Source: Chiloscyllium plagiosum
Lineage: Eukaryota
DNA length: 64,000 nt
Reading direction: 5' to 3'
Assembly (NCBI RefSeq): GCF_004010195.1
Contig: NC_057754.1
Coordinates: 11,873,609 to 11,937,608, forward strand
A program made the position numbers and the translations under genes. The first letter of the stretch is position 1; each line of letters starts with the position of its first letter. This document shows positions 39,661 through 53,389 of the stretch, piece after piece. Below the pieces are notes generated by a model. The model was not told where the DNA came from. It saw only the letters and a program-made list of their open reading frames with translations, and made no database searches.

Positions 39661-40409
39661 GTCTTTTGGAAAGTAACTGTTTTCCTGGAAGTCGTGTTGT
39701 AAAATGTTGTATTCAAGGAGAGCAGAAGGTTTGTCTGAGTTAACCATGGATAAGGTATGGGGGCTGTATTCACAGCGAATCTATATCTGTAAAATGACTT
39801 CCATCTGGAACAGAAGTTACATAGAGGGGAAACGTGGAAAAACGAATTGGGGGTGGATACACTTTCTGTCCAGCCGGGATTTTCCAAGTACATTTTCCAA
39901 ACTACACCTAATCATTGGAATGACCTCGATCTGCCCCTGTGTAACAGGTCCGAAGGGCTGAATGGAACATCAGAGCACAGGGCTGAGAGACACGAGAGGG
40001 CCATTCGACCCTTTGACACGACTCCACCAGTAAATGAGGTCATGGCTCATCTCATTGCAGCCCCAGCAGCACTTTTCTCTCCATGTACCATTATCCTAGA
40101 TTCACCTATCTATGGAAAATCAGACGAAGTCAGTCTCGCTTTAATATAACGAACCGGCCATCACAAATGTCTGGGAAGAGAATTTCCACTTGAATGAAAT
40201 CCCAATTTCTCCTCATTCCTGTTCTCACTGAGATGGTGTCACTGTTTCCTTTTCTAGAGTCACTCTTCAACAGATCACACCAAATTTTAAATGTAGTCAT
40301 GTTGGTGAAAAGGCCGATCATAAAGGTTTCAGACTGAATCAAGTTCAGTGATCGGAACAAGTCAGACAGGCTTCTTTAGTCAGCCACACGTAACTAATAG
40401 AACTAACGG

Positions 40410-40762
40410 AGGAGCATGGTGTACATGTGGTTAATACTGCTGCCTCACTTCACCAAGGAGCTGACCTCAATTCCAAAACCTCGCACACAACTCTCTGTGT
40501 AGAGTTTGAACATTCTTCCCGTGTCTGTGTGGGTTTCCTCCCAATACCCCAGTTTCCATCCACAGTCCAAAGATGTGAAGCTGAGGGTGGATGAGGCATG
40601 CTAGATTGCCCATAGTGCCCACGGATGTATGGGTTAGTCATGGGAAATATAAGATTACATGGAAAGGATAGGGTGACAGGTCTGAGTAGGATGTAGTTCA
40701 GTGGTTCGGTCTGTATCGATGGGCAGAATGTCCTGCTTCCACACTGTAGACGTTCTATGACA
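40410..40762 (+). mobile_element. Older HE1/V-SINE copy
   Basis: Diverged head and V-domain (gagtttgaacattcttcccgtgtctgtgtgggtttcctcc). Confidence 0.75.
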
Positions 40763-42249
40763 ATGACAAAAAATTTGGACTTTACAAGCAACCATTGAGT
40801 ATCTACCCGATCCACTCTCCTGAAAGCCCAGCATGTTTAAATAAGATCAGCTCTCATTCCAAGAGTAACCTGTTAAAGCCTCCATAATATAACCCCTTCG
40901 TCCCTGGAATACATGAAGTGGTGCATATCTGAACTGCTTCCAATGAGATTATATCCTTTCTCCAATAAGGAAACAACAAATATTCACACACGCAGATGAA
41001 GTTTATCTTTGTTTACTCAGAGTGTGGTGAGTCTTTGGAACTCTCTTCCCCACAGGGCATCAGAGGCAGAGATATTGAATATTTTTGAGGCACAGACAGC
41101 AAGATACTTTAAAAAACAACTGAGTCAAGGATTATCGTGGGATCGGTAGGAATCAGCAGTGTTGGGGAAATGCTGACAATGATAGAATAGAATTCCAAAG
41201 GACCATGGGGATGCTCTGTCATTAAAGAGAGTCCAATCATAGTGGATTAACATGAGGATCACCATTCCCCGTGATGGGGTGATGTTGAGAAAGCGGGGTC
41301 TGACATGGTAACCTCTGTCACTATGACGAATTGAACCTGCGCTGTTGGCCTCCCTCTGCATTCGGCCAACTGAGTGGGAGACTGTGTAACTGTTACAGAC
41401 AGAAACAGTCACAGACAAAGGGCAAGAGAAACTTGCATAACAAGGAAAAAGGTACAATTCAGAAAATGGTCAAGACAACGGCTGAGAATGAAAAAAGTTC
41501 TCTGCCAGAAATTGTATTTTATTACAAGACAAGTGTTTAGAATCTGTCTTTGGCTGAATACATTAAGGCGAGACAAATGAAATAGCCAGAATTATTAATT
41601 GTGACTGGATGTCGATAACCATAAAATAAGTGTAGATTTATGATTAGTCTGTGGAAAATATGCTTATCATTACACAAAGCTGATGGAATATATTATTAGG
41701 GAAGTCCATTCCCATGGGAAATGCCTCCAGAACACTTGCCTGAAGAAAACCGGAGTTAAAGTACCCCAGTGTCGTGTGCTTAGTGACAGGAATCCAGGGG
41801 CTTGAATGATTGAAACTTTCTGTAACATGGAGCTGAGGAAACCATCAGCCGCGATCTTATTAAATGTTGGAGCATGTTTGAAAGATTGATTGGACTCATG
41901 ATATATTTTAATTGACTGACTTGAAAAAAAGTGTAACTCTGCTCCTTCCCCATTTGTGTTACATATTGGGGCATTGACATTTCCCTGAAAATGGGAATTA
42001 TTTGGAACATTATCTGGAACATTCCATAATCGGCATTCTTCAGAACATTCTATCACCATGCATGAGTAATGCAAAGGCGAGCGTGCGAGAGAGAGGAGGT
42101 TTGCATGCAACAGTGAGTGTGGTGGAACAGGTCTGTTATAGCACCGACGTCCTTGTTTGGTCGTCGGTGCTATAACAGATATTCAGCGCGTGTGAGGGAG
42201 CACGTAGAATACTGGGACTCTTATCCTGGCAGAGCGGGGAAGGTTATTG

Positions 42250-42309
42250 ATGCTTGTGCTGTATTGCTGGACATTTCTTCAGACCACAGATACTGCATTG
42301 AGCTGGGTG
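42250..42309 (+). CDS. Putative leader exon MLVLYCWTFLQTTDTALSWV (4th paralog)
   Basis: Homologous to 19511-19575, with a consensus donor gtgagt at 42310 and a locally CpG-rich upstream region. Confidence 0.3.
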
Positions 42310-45300
42310 GTGAGTTCAGACCGTGCTCGGTGGATTTGGTGGTGTGGCCCTCTCTGGGAAGAGAATTATACCCCTCTGTACTAGCCCATTCACCAGAACC
42401 TCCATACCCCTGTCGACAATTGTTACTGTAATTGCTTCTTATCTGTCATGTTCGAGGTAAACTGTGTAGGGCAGCTTCAAACTGATTAAGCTCAAGCGTG
42501 TTCCCATTAACCTTTTAAAGATGCAATTAGTGCCAGGGATCACCAAATGTCCAGGGACCTCCGGACCATTGCGAGTACCTCCAGTAATGATGGGTGAGGG
42601 AATCGGGCTGATATTGAATGAGAGGAACACAGTGGGGTGAGATGGGTAGATAATGAGGTGAGTTTGATAAGATATCACCCGGATACTAGTTCGGTCTCGT
42701 GCGGCGATCCCTTGGTCACCTTCAATAAAAATGGCACTGAGAAAAATTATGGTTAGATTCGGCCCAATGAGTAAAATACTCTGCTGACGGCATTCCCACT
42801 TACAAAGCTGCAGGACAAATGCTAATCAAAAACTCTTATCATCTGAACTCACAACAATATCCCGTTCACCCATCTTTCCTAGGAATGCTAGCTCATGTTG
42901 TAGGATGCTCTCGAAATATCTTCATTTCAGCATTCTGAAACCTGTGATCTTTCATGAAATTGTCTCTCAATCTCCCTTTCACTTTTTTTATAAAATCCTT
43001 TTTGTTTGTTGGTATTTAAACTGACTCCCCTGCCATCTCTCTTCAGCAGTAATGTTCACACCCACAGCATCCCTTGTCATGGCACAATGCAGACCTGGAG
43101 CTGTAAATGGATGAAAGCTGCACATCCTGTCACATCCAGCATGGGCTGCAAGTTTCCCCACAGTGTGTTAATGAGCAATGCACTGGAGTGGTGTACACAG
43201 ATCTACGTGCTGGGAGGGTAACTGCTTCTAGTTTATAGACCAATTCAGTGCTATTCACTGCATATCTCCCCATACTGAACAGATACCTTGAATGCATTTA
43301 TAGAAGAAGACACTGGTGTGGACTGCACAGTGCCCCAAACTGGACAGACCGTCTTGTCCGGGTTTTCTAAATCAATGCACTGGTATTCTCCATACTGATC
43401 CCCATGTTGGACATTGAGCCCTGCACAATGTTCCAGATTGCTGGGTTGTACTGAACAGTACACTAGCCTAATCTGCACAGTGCTCCATGCTGAACAGATA
43501 TCTCATCTGGGCTTATAAATGTCTGGGCTGAATCTGTGAGGTGGATTGAGTATGCAATATAATTCCTGATTCAACTGTCAATCCTCCACCTCAGTCTATT
43601 CCTCTGTCAAACCATGTATTTCTGCAAGTTACTGTCCATCATGTAATTAGCCAATTAATACATGCATATTTATCGGTCTTGTTAAGGACCAGGCAGACTA
43701 CCTCAAAATGCGTGAAGAAGGCAGCCTCGACCAGGATGTTCTCTTATTTTAAAGGTAAATGTGCAGTGCTGTGTTTCAGATATAGTTCGATTGGTCAAAA
43801 TATTCGACATTATTTATTCAACTTATTCAACCACTGTGGAGAATATACTACAAAAGGAAGAGGAACTTGGAATAACTTAATTCTGTTGGAAAACTTAACA
43901 GAATAATAGGTTGTGTAAATACAAAACTATAATTGCTCCAATATGGTAATATACGATGAGCACACAATTGTCAAAAAACAAATTCAGGAAACAATTTGTC
44001 TCACATGCTGTTCTCCAATCCACGAGGAGAGAACATCAAAATACAATTCTGAGCGAAATCACAGACAAAGTGTGTAGCAGCTGGGAGAGTTTTACTGCCT
44101 TCCAACCCTGCTGAGTCCTCAGCAACAACTGGCAAAAGGTAAAACTAAGAATTCTGTCACTGTGAAAGCTTGACCAACACTTCACAGGACCAGGCTGCAG
44201 GTTGGTCTGGAGTGAAGTCTTGTTGGGTATCAGTAGGGTCAGTGTTTGTGCAATAGCTGTTCACAAGATGTAAAAATGATTCAGACTTGAACAACAAATA
44301 TCATCACATACATTTATATTTATTAATTGGTGAGAGGTTGGGAAGTGCTGCTATTGAAAAGGTCATGGAAGTCCTTGGTCATAAATCACTAACAGAATTC
44401 TTATGGAGCAGGAATTAAATGATAAGTGGCTTTTCAAACAAAATTATTGAAGTACCAGAGTTGGTGCATCTTACCCAATGGTAGTTATTGTTGAGAGAGT
44501 GTTTGTCATATTGTGCACAGATTGAGTTTGCTTTATAAATAATGATCTCCACGTCTCTGTCTGCGTAAAGGAGTTTCATCAGACTAAACCCTGGCATGAT
44601 GTTACCATGAGGAGACAGTGCAGTAACGATGTGTTTAATCTGTAGCGCTGAGACAGAATAACAAATTGAAGCCTGATGGTTATGGACTGGCACTCATTAT
44701 GTCCCAAGCAGCCATTCATAAGGTGTTAAATTCCATGCTATCTGTAGAATGCTTGATTCCCGATAGTTTACATGCCTGAGCAGCACGGCATGTCGATTGA
44801 CAGAGGGGTATACAATCCTGTCAGTAGCCACAATACCTTCATTCTGGAACAGTAAGCCATTCCCAACAGCTTCTAATCTCCACAGAGACCATGGATCGAC
44901 CTTCTTAGAGATTGAAGATCTCTTGGAGAATGGATAATATATCTGGATTCATTACTACTGCCAAAAAGCCATGATAAAGTGAAACTATGTACTATGAGTA
45001 ATGAAGCCACAAGGAACAATGTGGAGCAATGCATCTGTGCAGACCCTGTACCATTTGTTGGTGAAATGAGAACATCTCTGTCACCTTCCTGTTCATGTAT
45101 GTTAATGACTTGAGATGTTGAATGACCACTTCCTGTTCCTTAGTAAATGACTCCAGGTGTGAAATCGGTCTCTTTCTGATTCCGTATATGTGATGCATGG
45201 GAGTGAACACTCTCCTTCTCTTTCTGTGTAATAAGCAGGAGGGACTGAATGTGCTATCACACGCCTTGTCTAATAGATTTACTGGTCTAAATGTATTCTC

Positions 45301-45936
45301 CACATTCTTGTGAAGCTAGATTGAGGTGCTGAATGTGTTCCTCTGTTTACTGTGGAAATGTGCAGCGTCTAACAGTGCGCTTCCCTGATGTTATCCAGAC
45401 TTTATAGCAGCATGATCTTGAATGTTGTCCAAGTTTTGTTGCACATGGACGCAGACAACTTCAAGAGGTGAGAGGGGACAATTTCTTCTGAACATTGTGA
45501 AAACGTTAGTGAATATTTCCACTTCTGATCGGTGAGGACTCAATGGGCTGAATTACCTGTTTCCAGGCATTCCATGATGACAAACTGGAGATGCCTGGGC
45601 TGAGGAAGCTACCCAGAGGATTTCCTGCAGTGAAGTCCCACGGCTGATATTATTGATGCCCACCGATGATAAACATCTTCCTTTGTGCTGTGAATGACTC
45701 CAACTAGTGGAGAGGTCATAATTGATTCTTACTAAGTGCAATTTTGCTCAGGCTCCTTGATGTCATCCTCAGTCAAATACTGCTTTGTGTACATGGCCAG
45801 TCTCTCTGACCTGAGCCTTTGTGTTCCCTCTTCTTCATATAAATAGGTTGTGTAGAAGCAGAGAATGTTTTCTTCAAACAGAGTGTAGTGAATGTCAGGA
45901 ATTCTCTGACACAGAGTGTTAGGGGTTCTACATCAC

Positions 45937-46914
45937 TGAAAGGGACCAGTGGTGTCACACAGGGATCGGTTCTGGGACCTCTGCTGTTTGTGATTTTTAT
46001 AACTGACTTGGAAGAGGGCGTTAGTAAGTTTTCCAATGACACGAAGGTTAGTGGAGTGATACATAGTGTGGAAGGCTGTTTTATGTTGCAACTGGTCATT
46101 CATAGGATGCCCAGCTGGGCTGAGAGTTGACAGATGAAGTTCAACCTGGAAAAGTGAGAAGTGGTTCATTTTTCAAGCTCAAATATGAATGCAGAATACA
46201 GAATTAAAGGGAGGATACTTGGCAGTGTGGAGGAACAGAGGGATCTTGGGCTCCATGTCCACAGATCCAACAAAGTTACGATCCAAATTTGTAGGATTGT
46301 TAAGAAGGCATACGGTGTGTTAGCTTTCATTAGCAGGGGGATTGAGGTTAAGAACTACGAGTTTATGCTGCAGCTCGATACAGCACTGATTAGACCGCAC
46401 TTGGGATATTGTGTTCAGTTCTCATCACCCCATTATAGGAGAATGTGGAAGTTTAGAAAGGGTGTAGAGGAAATTTCCCAAGATGCTGCCTGGACTGGAG
46501 GGCAGAATTTATGAAGAATGGTTAAGGGAGCGAAAGCTTTTATCATTAGAGCGAAGAAGGATTGGAGATGACTTAATGGAGTTGTGCAAGATGATGAGAG
46601 ACAGAGAGGGAGAGTGAATAGCCAAAGACTTTCACAATGCAGAAATGGCAAACTCGAGGCAGCGTAATTTTAAGGTGATTGGAGGAAGCTTTAGGGGAGA
46701 TGTCAGCGGTAGGTTCATTACACAAATAGTACTGAATGTGTGGGATGCACTGCCAGCAATAGTAGTGGAGTCAGATACGTGAGGGACATCTAAGCGACAC
46801 TTGGGTAAGCACATGGAAGGTAGTACGCAGCAGTATGTCTGAGTAGGTTAAAAGGTGAGCACAACATTCAGGGGCGAAAGGCCGGTACTGTGCTGTACTG
46901 TTCTATGTTCTATG
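45937..46914 (+). mobile_element. CR1 LINE, 5'-truncated RT and 3' end
   Basis: GVTQGSVLGPLLFVIFITDLEEGVSKFSNDTK and LIRPHLGYCVQFSSPHY motifs, with tail tgttctatgttctatg. Confidence 0.9.
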
Positions 46915-47019
46915 AATTTTATTTAAAGAGGCTGTAGTTGGATATTGACTTGTCAGACAGTTGAAGGCTATGACAATTTGAGCATGAAAGATGACTTGAG
47001 ACCTAGAGCAACATCCTTG

Positions 47020-49270
47020 TCAATTTCTTTGCTCTCTTTCCAGTTTAATAGCATTCATCCCATAGCAAGGTGATCAAAACATAACACAACACAGTTACTG
47101 CCATACTAAAGTCATTATTAACAGCAACATGACTTCCCAATACTATACTCAATTCCCTTATTGATAAAGGCCAGTGTGTCAATAGCCTTCCTCACTGCCC
47201 TGTCAACCTGTGACTCAATTTTCAGAGACCCATGCTCCTGAACTCCAAGGTTCCTCTGTTCCACTAAACTCCTTAAGGACCTGCCAGTTACTATGAAGCT
47301 TCTACCTTGATTTGACTTTCCAACATGCAAAACCTCGCACTTACCTATATTAAACTTCATTTGCCATTTCTCGGCCCACTTCCTCAACAGATCAAAGTTC
47401 TGCTCCAATTTCTAAAATCCTTCCTCACTGTCCATGATACTGCATATTTTAGTGTCATCAGCTAACTTACTAATCATTCCTCGGACATTCTCATCTAAAT
47501 CATTGATATCGACAGCAAACAGCAACGGTCCCAGCACTGACCCGTGAGGCACTCCACCAATCACAGGCCTCCAGTCCAACAAGCAGCCTTCCATATTACT
47601 CTGCTTCTTACCATAAAGCCAAATGTACATTCAATTTGTTGAGTCCCCTGGATTGTCTGTGATTTAACGTTTCACAATAGACTACCATGTGGAGCCTTAC
47701 CAAAGACCTTACTGTAATCTACATAGACTACTTCTACCAACCTGCACTCGCCAACCTTCCCAGTCACTTCATCAAAGGACTCTAACAAATTTATGAGGCA
47801 TGATCTCCCACTCGCCACGTTAACTATTCCAATTCAGCTCCTGTCTTTCCAAGTGCAAGTACATCTTATCCCTCAGAAACTTCTCAAGTAACATATCTAC
47901 CACAGATGTTAGGCTGACTAGACTACAGAACCGAGGCTTTTCTTTACTTCCCTTCTTGAATAAGGGCACAGCATTCGCTCACTGCCCATCATCTCGGACC
48001 TCACCAGTCGGTAATGATGGTGCAAAAATAGCAGTTAGGGTCCCTCTAATATCTTCTCTAGCCTCTTGCAGTGCTTTTGAATATATCTGATCAGGACCAG
48101 GAGATTTATCCACTTTCGTACATTCGAATACACCCAACACATCTGTCCTGTGATGTAGACTGTCCTAATGATATGACCACTAACTTCCCCACGTTCTCAA
48201 GTCTTCACGTCTTTCTTCACGGCAAACATGGAGGAAAACTATCCGTTAAGACTTTGCCAATCACTTGCTGTTCTACACATACATATCCACTTTCGGCCGT
48301 GAAGGGCCCTTTTCTCTCTGTAGTTATTCTTTATTTTCTTTAATATACTTCATATAATCTTTGGAGTCACCCAAATCTTCTCAGCGAAGGCTGTCTCATA
48401 CCGCCTTTTCACCCTCCTTATTCTCTTCCTGAGTAAACTTCTGTATTCCCTGGAAACCTCCAGGGATTCCCTTGATCCCAGCTGACTGTACCTCAGCCAT
48501 GCCTCCTTTTTGTTTCTAGTCAAACCTCAGTATCTCTTATCATTTAGAGTTCCCCTTTCCTGCCAAACTTGTCCTTCACTCTTACAGGAACGTAAAGAGC
48601 TTGAACTCTAGCTGTCACGCTTTTAAAGGCCTCCCATTAGCTAGAGGTCATTTTGCCTGCAAACATACTAATCCAGTCAACCCCTGCAAGCTCCAGTCAA
48701 ATTCCATCAAAATTCACCTTACCCTAATTTAGAACTTGAACATGTGGACCAGTTTTTTGCCTTTCCATAACTATTTTAATAGGTATGGAACTATGGTCAC
48801 TCGTCCCTAAGTGCTCACACACTGTAACCTCAGTCACCAGCCCTGCCCTATTTCCCAACAAAATAGTTCGAGTTTTGCCCAATCCTGAGTAAGACACTCT
48901 TCATACTGCTGAGGAAGCTTTCCTGTACACACTTATCCAGTTCCACCCCATCCACGCGCTTAATTCTATGCCAGTCCCAGTCAATGTGAAAAAATTAACA
49001 CCCCTACTATGACATTGCTATTACTCCTGCAAGTCTCTCCTTGACCTGCATATTTGTCCCAGTAGCTCGTGTTTAGTATTTGGGAGCCTATAGTAAAACC
49101 CCAACAACGTCAACATCCACTTCTTATTACTTAACTCCACCAACGAAGCCTCACTGGAGGGTCCTTCAGTTATTTTATCTCTGATTGATGCTGTGATACT
49201 CGCTTAAATCAAAAATGCAACTCCCCATCCCCTCCTTCCACCATCTCTGAACCGCCTAAAGCTAACTAGT
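47020..49270 (-). mobile_element. CR1 LINE ORF2 remnant (endonuclease through RT)
   Basis: GVPHGSVLGPLLFAVDINDLDENVRGMISKLADDTKI and WAEKWQMKFNIGKCEVLH motifs, with stops and frameshifts. Confidence 0.9.
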
Positions 49271-49970
49271 ACAATCCTGTTGCTGTTCCTGTGTAACTGA
49301 CCAGAAAGGTTGTATGGCCTCCTCCTGCGTGGTGTAATTTAGTCAATGGGCTGAACGACTGTCTACTAACGCCACAGCAAGTCACGTCCTCTTTCAGAAA
49401 TAAGGGCACAGCAATTATGAACAGAGGTAGACCATTCATCACCTCAAGCCTATCCCACAATCCCACTGACTCTTCAGGAAAGTATTTATCAAATTCAGCC
49501 TCCACTACACCCTTGGGAAAATATTCCTGACTCCTTAAGGCCATACAGCATAGGAAAATGAAATTAGGTCATTTGGTCCATCAAGGCTACTTTGTTGTTC
49601 GATCCTGCCTGTCATGTTTCTCAAAACAATTCTCCTGCCTTCACACTGTGACTGTTGATCCACGTTTTAACAAAAAAATCTATCTCTGCCTTAAAGACAT
49701 GTCTATATCTGTGTCTCTAGCTGTCTGTATATGTGTGTGCATGTTTCTGTGTAAATCTGTTTAATGGCAGGAGACAGGGTGGTCGTGGAGGATTGTTTTT
49801 CAAACTGGATGCCTGTGACCAGCCGTGATCCACAGGAAAATGTGTTGAATGCAATGTTGTTTGTCATTTATACAAATGATTTAGATGATAATTATAGAAG
49901 GCGTAATTAACAAATTTGCAGATGACATCAAGGTTGATTGTGTCGTGGACAGGGTTTGTATAATGGTTGA

Positions 49971-50103
49971 GGAGAAAGTGAGGTCTGCAGATGCTGGAGA
50001 TCAGAGCTGAAAATGTGTTGCTGGAAAAGCGCAGCAGGTCAGGCAGCATCCAGGGAACAGGAGAATCGACGTTTCAGGCATCAGCCCTTCTTCAGGAACC
50101 ATA
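49971..50103 (-). mobile_element. Short PLE terminal-repeat insertion in a CR1 fragment
   Basis: Reverse complement of the ctgaagaagggc...gaaacgtcgattc element, flanked by the direct repeat ataatggttga. Confidence 0.75.
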
Positions 50104-50979
50104 ATAATGGTTGACAGTCTAAGAATACAAAGAGATCATGATCAATTGAACCAGTGAATCATAGAGATATACAGCAGGAAAACAGACCCTTCTACTCATC
50201 CAAGCCGACCAGATATTCTGAAGTAATCGAGTCCCATTTACCAGCATTTGACCCATATCCTTTTAAACCTTTCATATTCAAATTCCCATGCTTTTCAAAT
50301 GTTGTAATTGAACCAGCCTCCAACACTTCCTTTGGCTGCTCATTCCATTCACGCACCAGCATCTGCTTGAAAAAGTTGCCCTTTAGGTTCATCTTAAATC
50401 TTTCTCTTCCGTCCTTAAATCTATGCCCTGTAATTTTGGACCCTAACTATTCACTCTTTCAATGAATTTATATGGCTCACGAAGGTGCAAATATGACTCC
50501 AATCAATACGAATAGCTGTGTATTCAGTCATCCAGCGTCTAAGTTCTGACATTCAATCCTGACACCTCTTTCAACTCCACCAAATCACAAATCTGAAATA
50601 ATTTTAATCCACATGTTCAGACATATAATGAAACATCTCTGTGGGATTTGAACCTAGACTTTTAGAATTAGAAGTAGGGGCACTACCTCCACTGACCAAT
50701 AGACCCCCAAAACTGCAACATGATTCTGCTGTGTGTTTGTTCATCACCCTGTTCTGACATGCTGTGACACACCTCCACAACATGCAGAACTTGAATCCAG
50801 ATCATCTGCACCAGAGATAGGGAAACTATCAAAGGTTCATGGACTGGAATCGAATGCAGCTCAGGCTCAGAGGCAGGGGCGTTACCACTATACAAGACTT
50901 AAACCAGGCCCAGAATTTAGGTCACATTTTAAGTGTCAGCTTTCAGCTCTGCATGGATTTATTAAATTCTGATTGAATG

Positions 50980-52610
50980 CTGGATGAGTAAAGAAATTGA
51001 GGGTTTGGTTAAGAAAAAGAAGGAAGCGTATGTCAGGTATAGTCAGGATAGATCGAGTGAATCCATTGAAGAGTATAAAGAAAGTAGGAGTATACTTAAG
51101 AGGGAAATCAGGAGGGCAAAACGGGGACATCAGGTAGCTTTGGCAAATATAATTAAGGAGAATCCAAAGGAGTTTTACAAATATATTAATGACAAAAGGG
51201 CAACTAGGGAGAGAATAAGGCCCGTCAAAGATCACCAAGGCGGCCTTTGTGTGGAGCCACAGAAAATGGGGAGATACTGAATGAATATTTTGCATCACTA
51301 TTTACTGTAGAAAAGGATATGGAAGATATAGACTGTAGGGAAATAGATGGTGACATTTTGCAAAATTTCCAGATCACGGAGGAGGAAGTGCGGGACATCT
51401 TGAAACGGTTAAAAGTGGACAAATTCCTAGGACCTGATCAGGTGTATCCGAGAACTCTGTGGGAAGCTAGCGAAGTGATTGCTGGGCCTCTTGCTGAGAT
51501 ATTTGCATCATCAATAGTCACAGGTGAGGTGCTGCAAGACTGGAGGATGGCAAACGTGGTGACACTGTTTAAGAAGGAGGGTAAAGATAAAACAGGGAAC
51601 CAAAAACCGGTGAGCCTGACCACGATGGTGGGCAAGTTGTTGGAGGGAATCCTGAGGGACAGGATGTACATCTATTTGGAAAGGCAAGGACTGATTCGGG
51701 ACAGTCAACATTGCTTTGTTCGTGGGAAATCATGTCTCACAAACAGATTACAACAGGATCTGGACCAGATGGGCCAATGGGCTGAGAAGTGGCAGATGAA
51801 GTTTAATTCAAATAAGTGTGAGGTGCTGCATTTTGGGAAAGCAAATCTTAGCAGGACTTATACACTTAATGGTAAGGCACTATGTCGTGTTGCTGAACAA
51901 AGAGACCTTGGAGTGCAGGTTTATAGCTCCTTGAAAGTGGAGTCGCAAGTAGATAGGATAGTGAAGTAGGCGTTTGGTATGCTTTCCTTTATTGTTCAGC
52001 GTATTGAGTACAGGAGTTGGGAGGTCATGTTGCGGCTGTACAGGACATTGATTAGGCCACTGTTGGAATATTGCGTGCAATTCTCGTCTCCTTCATATCG
52101 GAAAGATGTTGTGAAACTTGAAAGGGTTCAGAAAAGATTTACAAAGATGTTGCCAGGGTTGAAGTATTTGATCTGCAGGGAGAGGCTAAATAGGCTGGGG
52201 CTGTTTTCCTGGAGTGTTGGAGGCTTTGGGGACACCTTATAGAGGTTTACAAAATTATGAGGGACATGGATGGGATAAATAAAGAAAGTCTTTCCCCTGG
52301 GGTCGGGGAGTCCAGAACTAGAGGGCATAGCTTTAGGGTGAGAGGAGTAAGAAATAAAAGAGACCTAAGGGGCAACTTTTTCACGCAGAGGTGGTAAGTG
52401 TATGGATGAGCTGCCAGAGGATGTGGTGGAGGCTGCTACAATTGCAACATTTAAGAGGCATTTGGATGGGTATAAGAATAGAAAGGGTTTGAAGGGATAT
52501 GGTCCGGGTGCTGGCAGGTGGGACTAGATTGGGTTGGGATATCTGGTCCGTATGGACAGGTTGGACCGAAGGATCTGTTTTCATGCTGTACATCTCTATG
52601 ACTCTATGAC
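50980..52610 (+). mobile_element. Relatively young CR1 LINE, 5'-truncated, with internal RT deletion
   Basis: ORF 51247-51969 and 51979-52242 carry CR1 ORF2 motifs. Tail tctatgactctatgactc. GKSCLTN is joined directly to RLQQDLDQ. Confidence 0.92.
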
Positions 52611-52731
52611 TCATTTCCTGAAACACACAGGCAACAGTTTCCATTGATAAACAAATAAAAGTTATTAGTCTCAACTATAGGATGATGAGTGCATGTGCTC
52701 TGCCATCGAGAAAAACTATGAACATCTTTAA

Positions 52732-52971
52732 AAATCACACAACATCAGGTTATAGTCCAGCAGGTTTAATTGGAAGCACACTAGCTTTCGGAGCGACGTT
52801 CCTTCATCAGGTGATAGTGTAGGGCTCGATCGTAATACCCTCCACAATCACCTGATGAAGGAGCGTCTTTCCGAAAGCTAGTGTGCTTCCAATTAAACCT
52901 GTTGGACTATAACCTGGTGTTGTGTGATTTTTAACTTTGTACACCCCAGTCCAACACCGGCATCTCCGAAT
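52732..52971 (+). mobile_element. Short fold-back Penelope-like element
   Basis: Inverted arms at 52732-52815 and 52847-52932. 15-bp TSD tatgaacatctttaa (52717-52731 / 52972-52986). Confidence 0.85.
52849..52883 (+). ncRNA. Minimal hammerhead ribozyme motif (second copy on minus strand, 52779-52813)
   Basis: CAC-CUGAUGA-A-GGAGCGUCUUUCC-GAAAG-CUA-GUG, with palindromic AGCU stem III. Confidence 0.6.
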
Positions 52972-53389
52972 TATGAACATCTTTAATATCTTGGCTATGA
53001 TTTCCACCTTAAATGGTTATTATCTGTAATCTGCAATATTAGCAAAAGAAATCCTGCAGACACACTCTACGCTATGAAAGATCTCGAAAAAGATATCAAT
53101 GCTGAACACCAGAGACGAGGAAATAGCACAATATCTGGCCAAAAATCTCCGGTCACTAATTCCAACCTCTAATACGTGGTTTCAGTCTTCCTAAAATCAT
53201 TCATTGATACAAGGCAACATTTTTCTTTCCAGCCTCTCCTTATCCACTCCTCCATCTGCTTGTGCAAGGCAAACCAAGCTCTGGGGCTTTGGAAAAATCA
53301 AGGCTGGTGTCTGTAGGCCCTCTGGAGAGGGCAGGGTCTTTTTAAACCTGAAGGGGTGGTGGAGGTGGCAATAACATCACTCACTGGGC

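Noticed and set aside
42427..42804. Possible solo LTR (TG...CA, AATAAA)
   Set aside because: No TSD or second copy, so the boundaries cannot be supported.
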